Shown here in pieces: positions 9,912 through 18,873 of a DNA stretch of 64,000 nt. Under the pieces are notes generated by a model, which saw only the letters and a program-made list of their open reading frames with translations, searched no databases and was not told the origin of the DNA. The stretch is from the IMG/VR virus record IMGVR_UViG_3300028392_002123, one strand, 5' to 3'. The position numbers and the translations under genes were made by a program. Source of the DNA: a virus (lineage: Duplodnaviria > Caudoviricetes). Within the stretch, counting starts at the first letter, position 1, and every line of letters starts with the position of its first letter.

Positions 9912-11120
9912 TTATGTGAAGTAGATGTACGGTACATTTTGAGGAGTGCCAGTAGTAATGGTCTTAACTGCCCAGGTTACTCCTGAGTCCGTGCTAACTT
10001 TTATGTTGTTGCCGGCAATTGGTACAATTACTGTAGAACCGTTTCCTATCATTCTTAGATTGGTTGTATAATTGTCACCTGTCCAGGTTGATTTATTTGG
10101 ACTGCTCCAAGATGCTCCGTTATCAGATGAAGTATATGATACGCCATTGTAACTGCCACCACCACACCAGATGACCCAGTTGTTGCCACCACAGTATCTG
10201 ACCTGTGCTTGACCGTTTGTGTTGGTTGTGACCGCAGGACTCAGTGTTGTTGAACTGAATGATGCACCGTTATTGGTACTGCGATTGATAAAAATATTGC
10301 CTGGAGAACCACCACTTGCAGATACTGCAATATACACACCATTACCATAGGCAGTACCACCCTGAACCATGTACCCTGAACTGCTAATGGAACCTCTAGA
10401 TGACCAACTGGTTCCATTGGTCGATGCGTAAACTGTATAGGTACCAGAGTTTGGATTATGTCCTAAAAATTCTGAGCCAGTCCAGGTTATTAATGAAAGA
10501 GTTCCTACACCTAAACTGCTGGCAGTTAGTGTCCAGCTAATACCATTACTTGATGTCATGTGTTGCCAGCCACTGCCAAGCCTATTATAGGCTACCCAAA
10601 GGCCATTGCCGTAGGCAACTGATGATGGTATACTACAAAGATTTGGAAATGCGCCACCGGTGTATATAGGACTGCTGGTAAATGAAGAACTGCCACCCGA
10701 GCCAGAGATCACTAGCGATCGTAATTCTGGATTACCAGAACCATTGGAAGTGGTACACAATATCAATGCAGTACCGCTTGGTCCTTCGTTTACACATTGT
10801 AAGTATGCGCCACCACCATATGAGAAATTGCTTGATGCAATAGATGTAAAATTTACAGCCGTACCCCAAGTCCAAGTTGGTAGAGTTAAAATTTGATAAT
10901 AATTATTATGCCCTGAAGTTGCAAAGTCGATGGTAGCCAGTTTACCCGACGGGCCATTGCTCTTGCCGTAAAAGTCGGCGGCCAGGCGAATAGCACCAGA
11001 TGCAACGCCAGCTAGGCCTCTAGGTACTGCTCCACCAATGCTAATTTGTGCAGTGGTGCTATTACCTAATTCAGTGTTTACATTACCTAATGAAATTGTC
11101 CCGCTGGCTTGTAGTGTCAT
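9912..11120 (-). CDS. Gly/Ser/Thr-rich fibre or receptor-binding-like protein with BNR/Asp-box repeats
   Basis: N-terminus MTLQASGTISLGNVNTELG. SSNGISW, STNGTSW, SSDNGASW and STDSGVTW Asp-box repeats. Start taken at 11120 because the 11156 ATG lies in a predicted hairpin. Confidence 0.6.
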   Translation of the reverse strand: MTLQASGTISLGNVNTELGNSTTAQISIGGAVPRGLAGVASGAIRLAADFYGKSNGPSGKLATIDFATSGHNNYYQILTLPTWTWGTAVNFTSIASSNFSYGGGAYLQCVNEGPSGTALILCTTSNGSGNPELRSLVISGSGGSSSFTSSPIYTGGAFPNLCSIPSSVAYGNGLWVAYNRLGSGWQHMTSSNGISWTLTASSLGVGTLSLITWTGSEFLGHNPNSGTYTVYASTNGTSWSSRGSISSSGYMVQGGTAYGNGVYIAVSASGGSPGNIFINRSTNNGASFSSTTLSPAVTTNTNGQAQVRYCGGNNWVIWCGGGSYNGVSYTSSDNGASWSSPNKSTWTGDNYTTNLRMIGNGSTVIVPIAGNNIKVSTDSGVTWAVKTITTGTPQNVPYIYFT

Positions 11121-11148
11121 AGTAGATCCAAAATAAATGCTCACTAAG

Positions 11149-11240
11149 AACGCCATTCCAGGGCACGACTCCTATAACGTTCTGCCCAGCAGCCGGGCAA
11201 CCCTTTAGTAACGCTAACGTCCTAAGGTAGGGTGTTACTA
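11149..11240 (-). ncRNA. Putative structured RNA leader (three stem-loops) upstream of the Asp-box fibre gene
   Basis: GC-rich intergenic segment. Hand-found pairings: ACCCT/AGGGT enclosing TTAG-GACG/CGTT-A-CTAA; GCCCGG/CTGGGC; AACGTTA/TGGCGTT enclosing TAGG/CCTG. A TAAATA box lies directly upstream. Confidence 0.45.
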
Positions 11241-11241
11241 G

Positions 11242-11247
11242 TATTTA
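11242..11247 (-). promoter_or_regulatory. TAAATA late-promoter-like box (example; others listed under findings)
   Basis: Matches the core of the T4 late promoter TATAAATA and lies directly upstream of the structured leader. Confidence 0.45.
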
Positions 11248-11907
11248 TTCGATTTGGGATCTAAGAAGCTTAATGTATTCTCGAGTTTTGTCTGTGGCCA
11301 CGCCTGTTATTTGAAAAGTAACACGCGGATGATGTCCGGCGTTGGCAGTACTGTGCGGTACATTGTGCCAGTCAAATGTAGTAATATCTCCTGCATGCCA
11401 TTTGTTATAATGAAAGTTTCCATACTCCCAAAACTGACCAGGTTGCCAGTCTGTTAGCTGTATCATTATTCTTATCACACTATCTGGATTTTCAGGATTC
11501 CATTTTTGTAATTTATCTAAATGTAAATTCCATACTTCGCCGGGCTGTTGTACATGAATACGTTCCATGCAATCAGACAAAGCAAATTTTTTACTAATAT
11601 CTCGTAACGACTCGGGTATCTGCCAATTTAAATGTGTAATAGGTAAATCTTTGCTCATACCATGTCGAGTTAGATCGTATTCTTCCGAGGCTAGTTCGTC
11701 ACTGGGACCTTGTACACCTTCTGCTTTATATCCACGTGTGGCCCATGTTGCAGGTTTAGCTTGGGCAATAATGTCATTTAGATCTTCTTGCCATGTAGGC
11801 TGTATATTACCTAGATAAATCACTGTGTCATATTCGGGGTCAATGATAAATTGATCGTGAAAATGATAATTGCTTTTTAATTTACTGGTTTCCCAACTAC
11901 TGTTCAT
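11245..11907 (-). CDS. Cupin-fold 2OG-Fe(II)/aspartyl beta-hydroxylase-like oxygenase
   Basis: HxD motif (WNLHLD) and distal HSTANAG...RVTFQITG. Confidence 0.6.
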   Translation of the reverse strand: MNSSWETSKLKSNYHFHDQFIIDPEYDTVIYLGNIQPTWQEDLNDIIAQAKPATWATRGYKAEGVQGPSDELASEEYDLTRHGMSKDLPITHLNWQIPESLRDISKKFALSDCMERIHVQQPGEVWNLHLDKLQKWNPENPDSVIRIMIQLTDWQPGQFWEYGNFHYNKWHAGDITTFDWHNVPHSTANAGHHPRVTFQITGVATDKTREYIKLLRSQIE

Positions 11908-11908
11908 T

Positions 11909-12889
11909 TTATTCCTTGGTAATGTCTATGTTATTTAACACTGGTAAAAAGGTTGAACGCAATTCTTCTATGTGCTTTTTAAGTCCCTGCGGAGTTAATT
12001 CATTTTCTTCGTAGAACACCACATTCTGTCTGCGCCATTCACGATATTCTTCACTGCGTACAGCTTCTGCAAATGTGCGTTGATACCATTCAATGACGTC
12101 AGCGTCTGTGCCGCGGGGCAATTGAATACTCCAAGCCGCGTAGACATTGATACCTGGTGCCACTGTGTTTAACAAAGGAACATCAGGATACTGTGGCATC
12201 TTTCGTGTGCCAGTGAATCCAATGGCTTTGACCTTGCCTGCTTCTATCAATGGTCTGGCAACTGCAATGGGCATAATACCAAACTCTGTGCCATCTTTAC
12301 CAGAATAACTAGCCACACTGGTCACTGCTGGCAGTGGCCCATTAAATTTAATTGGCTGGACCATGGATTTATTTCCCTGAGCTCGATGCATGAGAAATTC
12401 GTAGGCTGTTCTGTGTGCGCCGCCACCCACTGCTACATTAATGGGTTTTTTAGTTGTATTAATTAATTTAATAAATTCCTGCGGTGTATTAATTGAGCTA
12501 CTTACGTGCGCTACTAATACCAATGGACTTTTTCCCATGGTTAATACATCAATAAAATCATCATATTTAAATTTTTTAACATTCTTTTCCCATATATCAT
12601 TGGTCACATACATGCTCATATGACTGGGCAAGGCAATGGTATAACCGTCTGCAGAACTGTCTGAGAATTTATTTAATGCAATTACGCTGTCTGCTCCGGG
12701 GATATTTTGCACAACATAGTTAAATTTAGGATATGATGTTTTTTGTACAATTTCTGCTAGTTTCCTAAATGCTATTTCATTGCCAGCACCGGGTGTATTA
12801 CCCACAATAACAGTAACTGGTTTAGTGGGTTCCCATGCATGTGCCATTAAACTAATAGATAATGCGAATAATGCCAGTAATTTTTTCAT
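11909..12889 (-). CDS. Bug/TctC tripartite tricarboxylate transporter substrate-binding protein
   Basis: Signal peptide, EPTKPVTVIVGNTPGAG, VQNIPGADSVIA, GKVKAIGFTG.RMPQYPDVP motifs. Confidence 0.85.
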   Translation of the reverse strand: MKKLLALFALSISLMAHAWEPTKPVTVIVGNTPGAGNEIAFRKLAEIVQKTSYPKFNYVVQNIPGADSVIALNKFSDSSADGYTIALPSHMSMYVTNDIWEKNVKKFKYDDFIDVLTMGKSPLVLVAHVSSSINTPQEFIKLINTTKKPINVAVGGGAHRTAYEFLMHRAQGNKSMVQPIKFNGPLPAVTSVASYSGKDGTEFGIMPIAVARPLIEAGKVKAIGFTGTRKMPQYPDVPLLNTVAPGINVYAAWSIQLPRGTDADVIEWYQRTFAEAVRSEEYREWRRQNVVFYEENELTPQGLKKHIEELRSTFLPVLNNIDITKE

Positions 12890-13179
12890 TTTGTGTCCTT
12901 GACTGTGTCTAAATATTCAGCACGACTAATTGTAGTGCCATCTTCTAATATTACTTCACGACCCCACTGGAACATATTCCATATACGATCATGAATATAA
13001 TACATTAATGCGTTAATTGTAAATTGACAGATAAAAATAATGCTGGCAGTTTCAGCGGCGCTGGCACCGGCTCGTGCTACAAAATAAACAATGGCGGCTG
13101 TTGTGCTACCGCCAATAATTCTCCAGCTTATTAATCTTACTATGCTACGACTGCGCCAATCATTGAATTTCTTTTTCAT
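12886..13179 (-). CDS. DUF2061-like small membrane protein
   Basis: RSIVRLISWRIIG and LMYYIHDRIWN motifs with hydrophobic segments. Confidence 0.7.
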   Translation of the reverse strand: MKKKFNDWRSRSIVRLISWRIIGGSTTAAIVYFVARAGASAAETASIIFICQFTINALMYYIHDRIWNMFQWGREVILEDGTTISRAEYLDTVKDTK

Positions 13180-13180
13180 T

Positions 13181-13732
13181 TTATTTCCTAAAAATTAAAT
13201 CTTCTATTTCATCTGGAATCCAGGGCTTGCTCATGCGTTCTGGATGCCATACTATGCCTGCTATATTTCCGTCTATCCAAGATTCGCAGTAGCCTTCAGA
13301 ATCTACTGCCAGTACTGTGGCATTTTTATGCGGTTCAGTTATTTGTAAATTATGATAACTGTTCACTAGGTATGCATCTCCAAAATGATAAACAGTATGA
13401 CTGGTTTCCATGTGTGTTGCACATTCGTCGATTTTACCGCCTAATATATCTGTTAACATGAAACAGCCATGGCAAATGCCTAATATTGGTTTTTGCCAAG
13501 TCATCATTTCTGTGGCTATTTTTAATTCTACGCTTCTGCGTAGAGTACTGTCGTCGCCGCCGGTGATTATCAACACATCCAAGGGATCTGCTAATAATTC
13601 AAAATCCTGATCTACTATATTTGGGATAAAAGTAAGCGTATGATCTTTTAAGTATGAATACCATCCATGCTCAATCGAATCATACGCTCTGCCTTTGTGA
13701 TATAGGATCCTCTGTGTGAGTCCAATATTCAA
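13181..13732 (-). CDS. Class I glutamine amidotransferase / peptidase C26 family protein
   Basis: IITGGDD, PILGICHG (Cys nucleophile), VNSYH and GIVWHPE catalytic motifs. Confidence 0.85.
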   Translation of the reverse strand: MNIGLTQRILYHKGRAYDSIEHGWYSYLKDHTLTFIPNIVDQDFELLADPLDVLIITGGDDSTLRRSVELKIATEMMTWQKPILGICHGCFMLTDILGGKIDECATHMETSHTVYHFGDAYLVNSYHNLQITEPHKNATVLAVDSEGYCESWIDGNIAGIVWHPERMSKPWIPDEIEDLIFRK

Positions 13733-13733
13733 T

Positions 13734-14429
13734 TTACCAACCGTAGGCGTCTGCTACCAATTTTGCACCGTCTGTGTTGGCCACGGTGTTACGGCAAGAA
13801 ATTTCATATAAATCTTTACGCATTTGAGCAACAAGAGTTTCAACGCGGCCAGCATTTTCTTCTGTGATCAATTGCTCTAATTTACGTGCGCCAATTTTGC
13901 TGTGGAAACCTTCGTCCTTGGCAATTTTGCGATAGGCACCGGAGATGAATTCATCTTCAATTGAGTCTGCCATTTGATCCCAAACAGCTTCAGCGCGACC
14001 TTCAGCAACTAACTGATAAGCGGCCAGTGCAACTGGATCTGATTCTGCTTCATACTTGGCCAATAAACTAGCACCTTTGGCTGTGTTAGCTTTAGCTTCT
14101 GCTTCAATGGCGGCCTTAACATCAACTGGCTTACCTTGGATGTGCTCAATGACTTCCTTGACTAAACGGAAGTGTACAGCTTCATCATGAGCTTGCTGAG
14201 TTAATAACTGTAGTTCAACAGGGTCTGCATCTGCACCAAGTTCTGCAACTTGACGGCTGATTTCAACCATGTTCATACGCTCATTGACCATGCGTCCGAT
14301 AAAGTGATCAACTAGCTCTTCTTGGCTAGGCTTGCTGTCAAAGTATTCTTTAACGTTTAATTGGCTAGCTTTGAATAGAGCTTGGTTGTCTTCTACTATC
14401 TTAGCTACGAACTGTTTTGCTGTCAACAT
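13734..14429 (-). CDS. Ferritin-like di-iron protein
   Basis: Helical protein with paired ExxH motifs (HDEAVH, KDEGFH) and intervening Glu ligands. Confidence 0.65.
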   Translation of the reverse strand: MLTAKQFVAKIVEDNQALFKASQLNVKEYFDSKPSQEELVDHFIGRMVNERMNMVEISRQVAELGADADPVELQLLTQQAHDEAVHFRLVKEVIEHIQGKPVDVKAAIEAEAKANTAKGASLLAKYEAESDPVALAAYQLVAEGRAEAVWDQMADSIEDEFISGAYRKIAKDEGFHSKIGARKLEQLITEENAGRVETLVAQMRKDLYEISCRNTVANTDGAKLVADAYGW

Positions 14430-14519
14430 CGCTGACTCCTTAATTAAGATATGCTGTCATATATAATAGTATATATCTGTGCAATCATATTTATTTATCA
14501 GATCTGTGAAAAAAATCCT

Positions 14520-15272
14520 ATGAATACAAAAATTTTTAACTTAATTAAAGAAAATTTACAAATCGCCTTTAATTTACCTAAATATCAGAAAATTTCTGAT
14601 GCCATCGACGAAAATACAGTAGTGGACCAACTGCCTTGGACACCGGCTCGCTATCGCAAATTCAAGGATACCATAGAAGCAGAACTTAGTTTGCCCTGCG
14701 ACTACGTGGGTACCTTGGGCAGTATTGTTGATGATCTCAGTGAACGTTATATCAGTAGATTCTTTGCTGAGATATGGCAACCACGCACTGGAGACTATGA
14801 TTACACAGGATGGGAGTTAGTAGATGAAATTAATAGACAAAATCCTGGCAGCGTTTTGGACGTTGGCTGCGGGTATCACCCATTTAAGGGTAGGATTAGC
14901 AATTTGGTGGGCATCGATCCTTACAATTCCTGTGCTGACTACATGGTGGATATTCTTGACTATAAAGTTAAACCTGCTAGTCACGACATAATTATTGCTT
15001 TGGGCAGTATTAATTTTAACAGTAAAGAAGACATTGAAGCAAGATTTAGTTGCTGTGTGGATTTATTAAAGCCCTTGGGTAAAATATATTTCCGTGCCAA
15101 TCCAGGAATTCCACATAAGACAGGTCCCTATGTGGATATATTTCCCTGGAGTTTTGAAATAGTCAATGAATTTGCTGAAAAATATAATTTAACATTACTT
15201 GAATTTAAAAAAGATAAAAATGATAGATTATATTTTGTTTATCAAAAAATAGAAAAAGAATTAATTTTTTAA
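14520..15272 (+). CDS. Class I SAM-dependent methyltransferase
   Basis: VLDVGCG motif I and IIIALGSINF. Start taken at MNTKIF (14520). Confidence 0.75.
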   Translation: MNTKIFNLIKENLQIAFNLPKYQKISDAIDENTVVDQLPWTPARYRKFKDTIEAELSLPCDYVGTLGSIVDDLSERYISRFFAEIWQPRTGDYDYTGWELVDEINRQNPGSVLDVGCGYHPFKGRISNLVGIDPYNSCADYMVDILDYKVKPASHDIIIALGSINFNSKEDIEARFSCCVDLLKPLGKIYFRANPGIPHKTGPYVDIFPWSFEIVNEFAEKYNLTLLEFKKDKNDRLYFVYQKIEKELIF

Positions 15273-15836
15273 TTTACTAATTCTTTTTTTAATAATTTTA
15301 ATCACAGAATCAGCTTGTAACACTTCATAATGATTGTAGTCTATTTCTACTAATTCCATGTCCACGTGATGTCGCTGACTGGCTATGGTAACAACACCAT
15401 CGTTGGCTTCTGCGATAAAAGGACTTTGCCCTTTAACTGTTACAACATTACACCAAGGGTGCTGAATCTTAATTCTGTCGGCCTGCTTCATAGCCCACGA
15501 ACTAGGGCCTATATCACGCATAAGTCTACTAAAAGGTAAGAAGAATTTGGCAACTTCCGCAACTTCGGCGCCTCCGTAGGGTGTGCTTAGTGTAACAGCC
15601 CCTAGAACTTGATCTGGCATGGCATTGGCCAAGTGTAGCGAATATATGCCGCCTAGACTGTGTGCCACAAATACCATGTCCCGAACATCTTTTAGTTGTT
15701 CCAGCATGTCCTTTAAGTTATTTTCAAAGCCGTTGCGACTATCGTAGTTAATGTCTATGCCCGCACCCAGTTTGCTTCTAATATAGTTAAAGCTTTCGCT
15801 GGTCGCGCTGGCGCCGTGAATATATACTAATTGCAT
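15261..15836 (-). CDS. Alpha/beta hydrolase (lipase/esterase-like)
   Basis: YIHGASA, AHSLGG nucleophile elbow, STPYGG, NDGVV and NHYE motifs. Confidence 0.8.
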   Translation of the reverse strand: MQLVYIHGASATSESFNYIRSKLGAGIDINYDSRNGFENNLKDMLEQLKDVRDMVFVAHSLGGIYSLHLANAMPDQVLGAVTLSTPYGGAEVAEVAKFFLPFSRLMRDIGPSSWAMKQADRIKIQHPWCNVVTVKGQSPFIAEANDGVVTIASQRHHVDMELVEIDYNHYEVLQADSVIKIIKKRISKLKN

Positions 15837-16035
15837 TTAATACCGTCCTGACGCAAGTACAATCTTGCAGATATGTTCCAATCTTTCTATGTGTTCATAG
15901 GCACGCCATGGACTTGTATCAATGGCAACTACACCATGTCCTTTGATGCCCACAATGTCATAGGAAAAAGTCGCGAAGGCCGACACCTTTAAATTCTATT
16001 TCAGAACCCTTGACGTGTGAAAATTTTGTAGTCAT
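15837..16035 (-). pseudogene. Chimeric relic: 25-codon N-terminal fragment joined out of frame to the C-terminus of a class II aldolase/adducin-like gene
   Basis: AAGGAG RBS, then MTTKFSHVKGSEIEFKGVGLRDFFL* (16035-15958). A shifted frame with no start gives YDIVGIKGHGVVAIDTSPWRAYEHIERLEHICKIVLASGRY* (15962-15837). Confidence 0.6.
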
Positions 16036-16051
16036 TGACAAAACTCCTTGA

Positions 16052-16897
16052 TTAATCGTTACTGGCACCGGCGCCGCACTTAGCACGTTTGGCATTGGTT
16101 AATGCGCCAAAATCTACTGGCCATTCTTGACCTGGTTGTAGTTCTCGAGCGTTGGCAGGGAAAGCATACTTAACACCGGCAGTCTGCATAATCTGTGCCA
16201 CAGGCATGCGGAATTTAGTTAAATCATTGCCCAAGTTAGGATATGGAGCTGTGTGTGGGAATGCCCAACCTGCAATTTCATTGGTTTGATTATTGATAAC
16301 AATTTTGTAGAATCCGTGCGGTACAACTACGCCATTGCCAATCTTTTTATCAGTAGCATCATAGACACCGCCTACATAAACTGTGTAGCTTTGATTGCGT
16401 TGTACTGCCCATCCACGTACACTTGTTTCCAATAGTTTCCAAATGCCACGATTTAGGCTACCAGCCTGCGGGCTCATATTAGTCATTAAAAAGCTTTCAA
16501 ACTCTACTTGAACGTCCCATGACAAATCGCCATCTGGACTCATGTGCCCTTTATCATAGCCAGTACCTGCGTAATCGTCGGGACGGGCTCCTCCTGGAAC
16601 TGATTGATCAGCAACAAAAGCATTAGTGCGAGCGACACAGCCGAGAGCGTTTTGAGGTAGTAGTTCATAGGTTACATATTTAGGTAATTTGGCAGCGGCA
16701 TCGTAGCCTACCAAGTATGCTTGACGACAAATAGGCTGTACGCCTGCTGTCTGTGGAAAACCGTAGGGTGCATGTACCTTGCAGGTCTGTGGATCCTGTG
16801 GCGGCCTTTGTGTCCACGCAACAGCATTGCCAAATCCCACCGTTACTAGTAGGATTAAAATTAGTTGTTTCATTGATTTCATTTTGTTTACTTCCAT
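16052..16897 (-). CDS. Secreted DNA/RNA non-specific endonuclease (NucA/EndA-like)
   Basis: Signal peptide, YDKGHMSP (DRGH-like), FLMTNMSPQ and LNRGIWKLLE motifs. The true start is probably one of the downstream Met codons. Confidence 0.85.
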   Translation of the reverse strand: MEVNKMKSMKQLILILLVTVGFGNAVAWTQRPPQDPQTCKVHAPYGFPQTAGVQPICRQAYLVGYDAAAKLPKYVTYELLPQNALGCVARTNAFVADQSVPGGARPDDYAGTGYDKGHMSPDGDLSWDVQVEFESFLMTNMSPQAGSLNRGIWKLLETSVRGWAVQRNQSYTVYVGGVYDATDKKIGNGVVVPHGFYKIVINNQTNEIAGWAFPHTAPYPNLGNDLTKFRMPVAQIMQTAGVKYAFPANARELQPGQEWPVDFGALTNAKRAKCGAGASND

Positions 16898-17523
16898 ATG
16901 ACCATTTTAAACCTTTCCTTAGGTATGCCAAAATAATCGCATTTCCAATCGGACTGTGCGAAGAATTCCAAGCTGTGCCATTTATCTTTATATTTAATCA
17001 GATTCTTCGCGGCATCCTGCCAATCTATGTTTAATAACACAGGTTCTATTTTATTTTTAATGGCTGTAATTTCTTCATAGCTGAAACTGTCCCATTCCCA
17101 GTGTAGTATTTCAAATGCATTACCCGCGCGATCCACATAGTCCATGCTGAAATCTAGACCCCATTTAGAACGTATATTAATTATTTTATGAATTAAAGGC
17201 AGTGATTCTGCCCAATACTTTAATTCAGCCAAGGCTGGCCCTGTGTAACCCTTGCGTTCAAATAATAAACTGTGATTTAATACAGCGCCTTCTATTACGT
17301 TGTACTGTGTAAACCAGTCTTGTTTAACAGCACGAATATGATCCCTGTGTAATCTAGGCTTGACATAATTACTGTAAGCATAGTGCTGTTCTAGCACAGT
17401 TAAATCGTAGCCATTTTGATCAAATAGATCTAAGTCTTCTTTAGTGGGAATGTACACTAATTTTTTAATTGGTTTATCCCAGAAAGCCTGGGGATTAAAT
17501 TCATTATTTGTTACGGATAACAT
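16888..17523 (-). CDS. Hypothetical protein
   Basis: 211-aa ORF in the operon, no recognised motif. Confidence 0.6.
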   Translation of the reverse strand: MLSVTNNEFNPQAFWDKPIKKLVYIPTKEDLDLFDQNGYDLTVLEQHYAYSNYVKPRLHRDHIRAVKQDWFTQYNVIEGAVLNHSLLFERKGYTGPALAELKYWAESLPLIHKIINIRSKWGLDFSMDYVDRAGNAFEILHWEWDSFSYEEITAIKNKIEPVLLNIDWQDAAKNLIKYKDKWHSLEFFAQSDWKCDYFGIPKERFKMVIWK

Positions 17524-17529
17524 TTAATT

Positions 17530-18873
17530 TTATTTATTTTTACCGCGGCGCATGTTCATTTGCCAACGTGCCAGCTGTCCTTTACGACCCGATGCATGAC
17601 TGGCCTTTTCCAGTTCGGCCATGGTGGCATGTTTGGGTATGCCATGACGAACGCTGTCTCCGGGGCGACCCGGGCCTTTGCCATCCGCAAAGTTTTCCTC
17701 TACACCCGGTTTTTTAACAGGACTCCAGTGGAACACAGTCATGCCCATACTGGGATATTCTTCCGGTTGCCACTTTGCACCCAGTATGTTCTGTATCACA
17801 GGAACAAAATACCGACGATATAAGCTGGCACGGTTATCACCTTTGGCAGTAAATGATACGCCAGGTGGACGAGCTTTGGCCATGTATTCAGGCAACTGTC
17901 GTTTAACAATATCAAGAACTGTGCTCAATATTTTCACTGTTGATCGGCTGGCACTTGTGGCCTGGCTTGGTGTGTCGTAATTGCCATTCACAGCAAATGT
18001 GATGTGCAAGGTGTCATTGAATTCACTGCGATCAAAGAACACATCTACCCAGTGGCCATCCACAGTGGCATGAAACAGACTGCGCTTTCGCTTGCGATTG
18101 GGCTTGTATTCAGCAGGTGCATTGCCCAGCTCAGTGATGGGCTCAACAGCAATCCAAGCCATGATATCGGTCTTGTTCAACAACTCGGCCGCGGCCCATG
18201 CTCTATGATTACCGTCTAAGATATAATTATTAGAATCTAAGACAATAGGATGTTTATCTATATAATGTAAACTGTGTTCTCCGGCATGTTCTGGATCAAT
18301 ATACATAACACGATTATAAGGATCATCGGTTTCACTGCCTTGTTCTTCATCATTGTATTCTTGATCGGGTATATGTATATCGGCCAGTGGCACACGTTTT
18401 AATTCATATTCTGGATATTTCATTATCAAGTTTTTTAAAAACCCACCACCCTGTTGGTCCTTGGGATGTATTTTACTTACATAACTCCATACTTGTTCAG
18501 CTGAAGCAATCTTAGTAGATATAGATGTTTCCCACACGCGAACATCTTCGCCTTTGTGCTTGTTCCAGAATCCTGCGCCTGCATCAGTTTGATCCCAGCT
18601 ACGCTGTATTTTGTAACCTTGGCTTTTAACAAAGTCATACATTATTTTAGCAATTCCTTGATTACGGAATTTTTCTTTGACAAATAAATCTTGGGGATCT
18701 AATTCCCGACCGTCGCCGATGTTAAATGTAACATGCCCTAGTTCGTTGCCCCAAGTTGAATCAAGTGCATTTACAAACAGTTGGCCATTGTCCTTGACCA
18801 TTCTGAATTGCAGGCCTTCAAAATCTTGTAGTTTACCCTGCTCACGTTCAACTATAAATTCATGTGCTCTCAT
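17530..18873 (-). CDS. Mosaic protein: GNAT acetyltransferase, ParB/Srx-like domain, unknown module and short basic tail
   Basis: FRNQGIAKIMY..AGAGFW (GNAT) and IVLDSNNYILDGNHR (ParB-like) motifs. Linkers VWE, ITE and VEE. N-terminus MRAHEFIVE. Confidence 0.7.
   Translation of the reverse strand: MRAHEFIVEREQGKLQDFEGLQFRMVKDNGQLFVNALDSTWGNELGHVTFNIGDGRELDPQDLFVKEKFRNQGIAKIMYDFVKSQGYKIQRSWDQTDAGAGFWNKHKGEDVRVWETSISTKIASAEQVWSYVSKIHPKDQQGGGFLKNLIMKYPEYELKRVPLADIHIPDQEYNDEEQGSETDDPYNRVMYIDPEHAGEHSLHYIDKHPIVLDSNNYILDGNHRAWAAAELLNKTDIMAWIAVEPITELGNAPAEYKPNRKRKRSLFHATVDGHWVDVFFDRSEFNDTLHITFAVNGNYDTPSQATSASRSTVKILSTVLDIVKRQLPEYMAKARPPGVSFTAKGDNRASLYRRYFVPVIQNILGAKWQPEEYPSMGMTVFHWSPVKKPGVEENFADGKGPGRPGDSVRHGIPKHATMAELEKASHASGRKGQLARWQMNMRRGKNK

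Noticed and set aside
11120-11156. Longer start (11156, MAFLVSI...) for the Asp-box fibre gene
   Set aside because: That ATG lies in a predicted stem, and the recognisable N-terminal motif begins at MTLQASG (11120).
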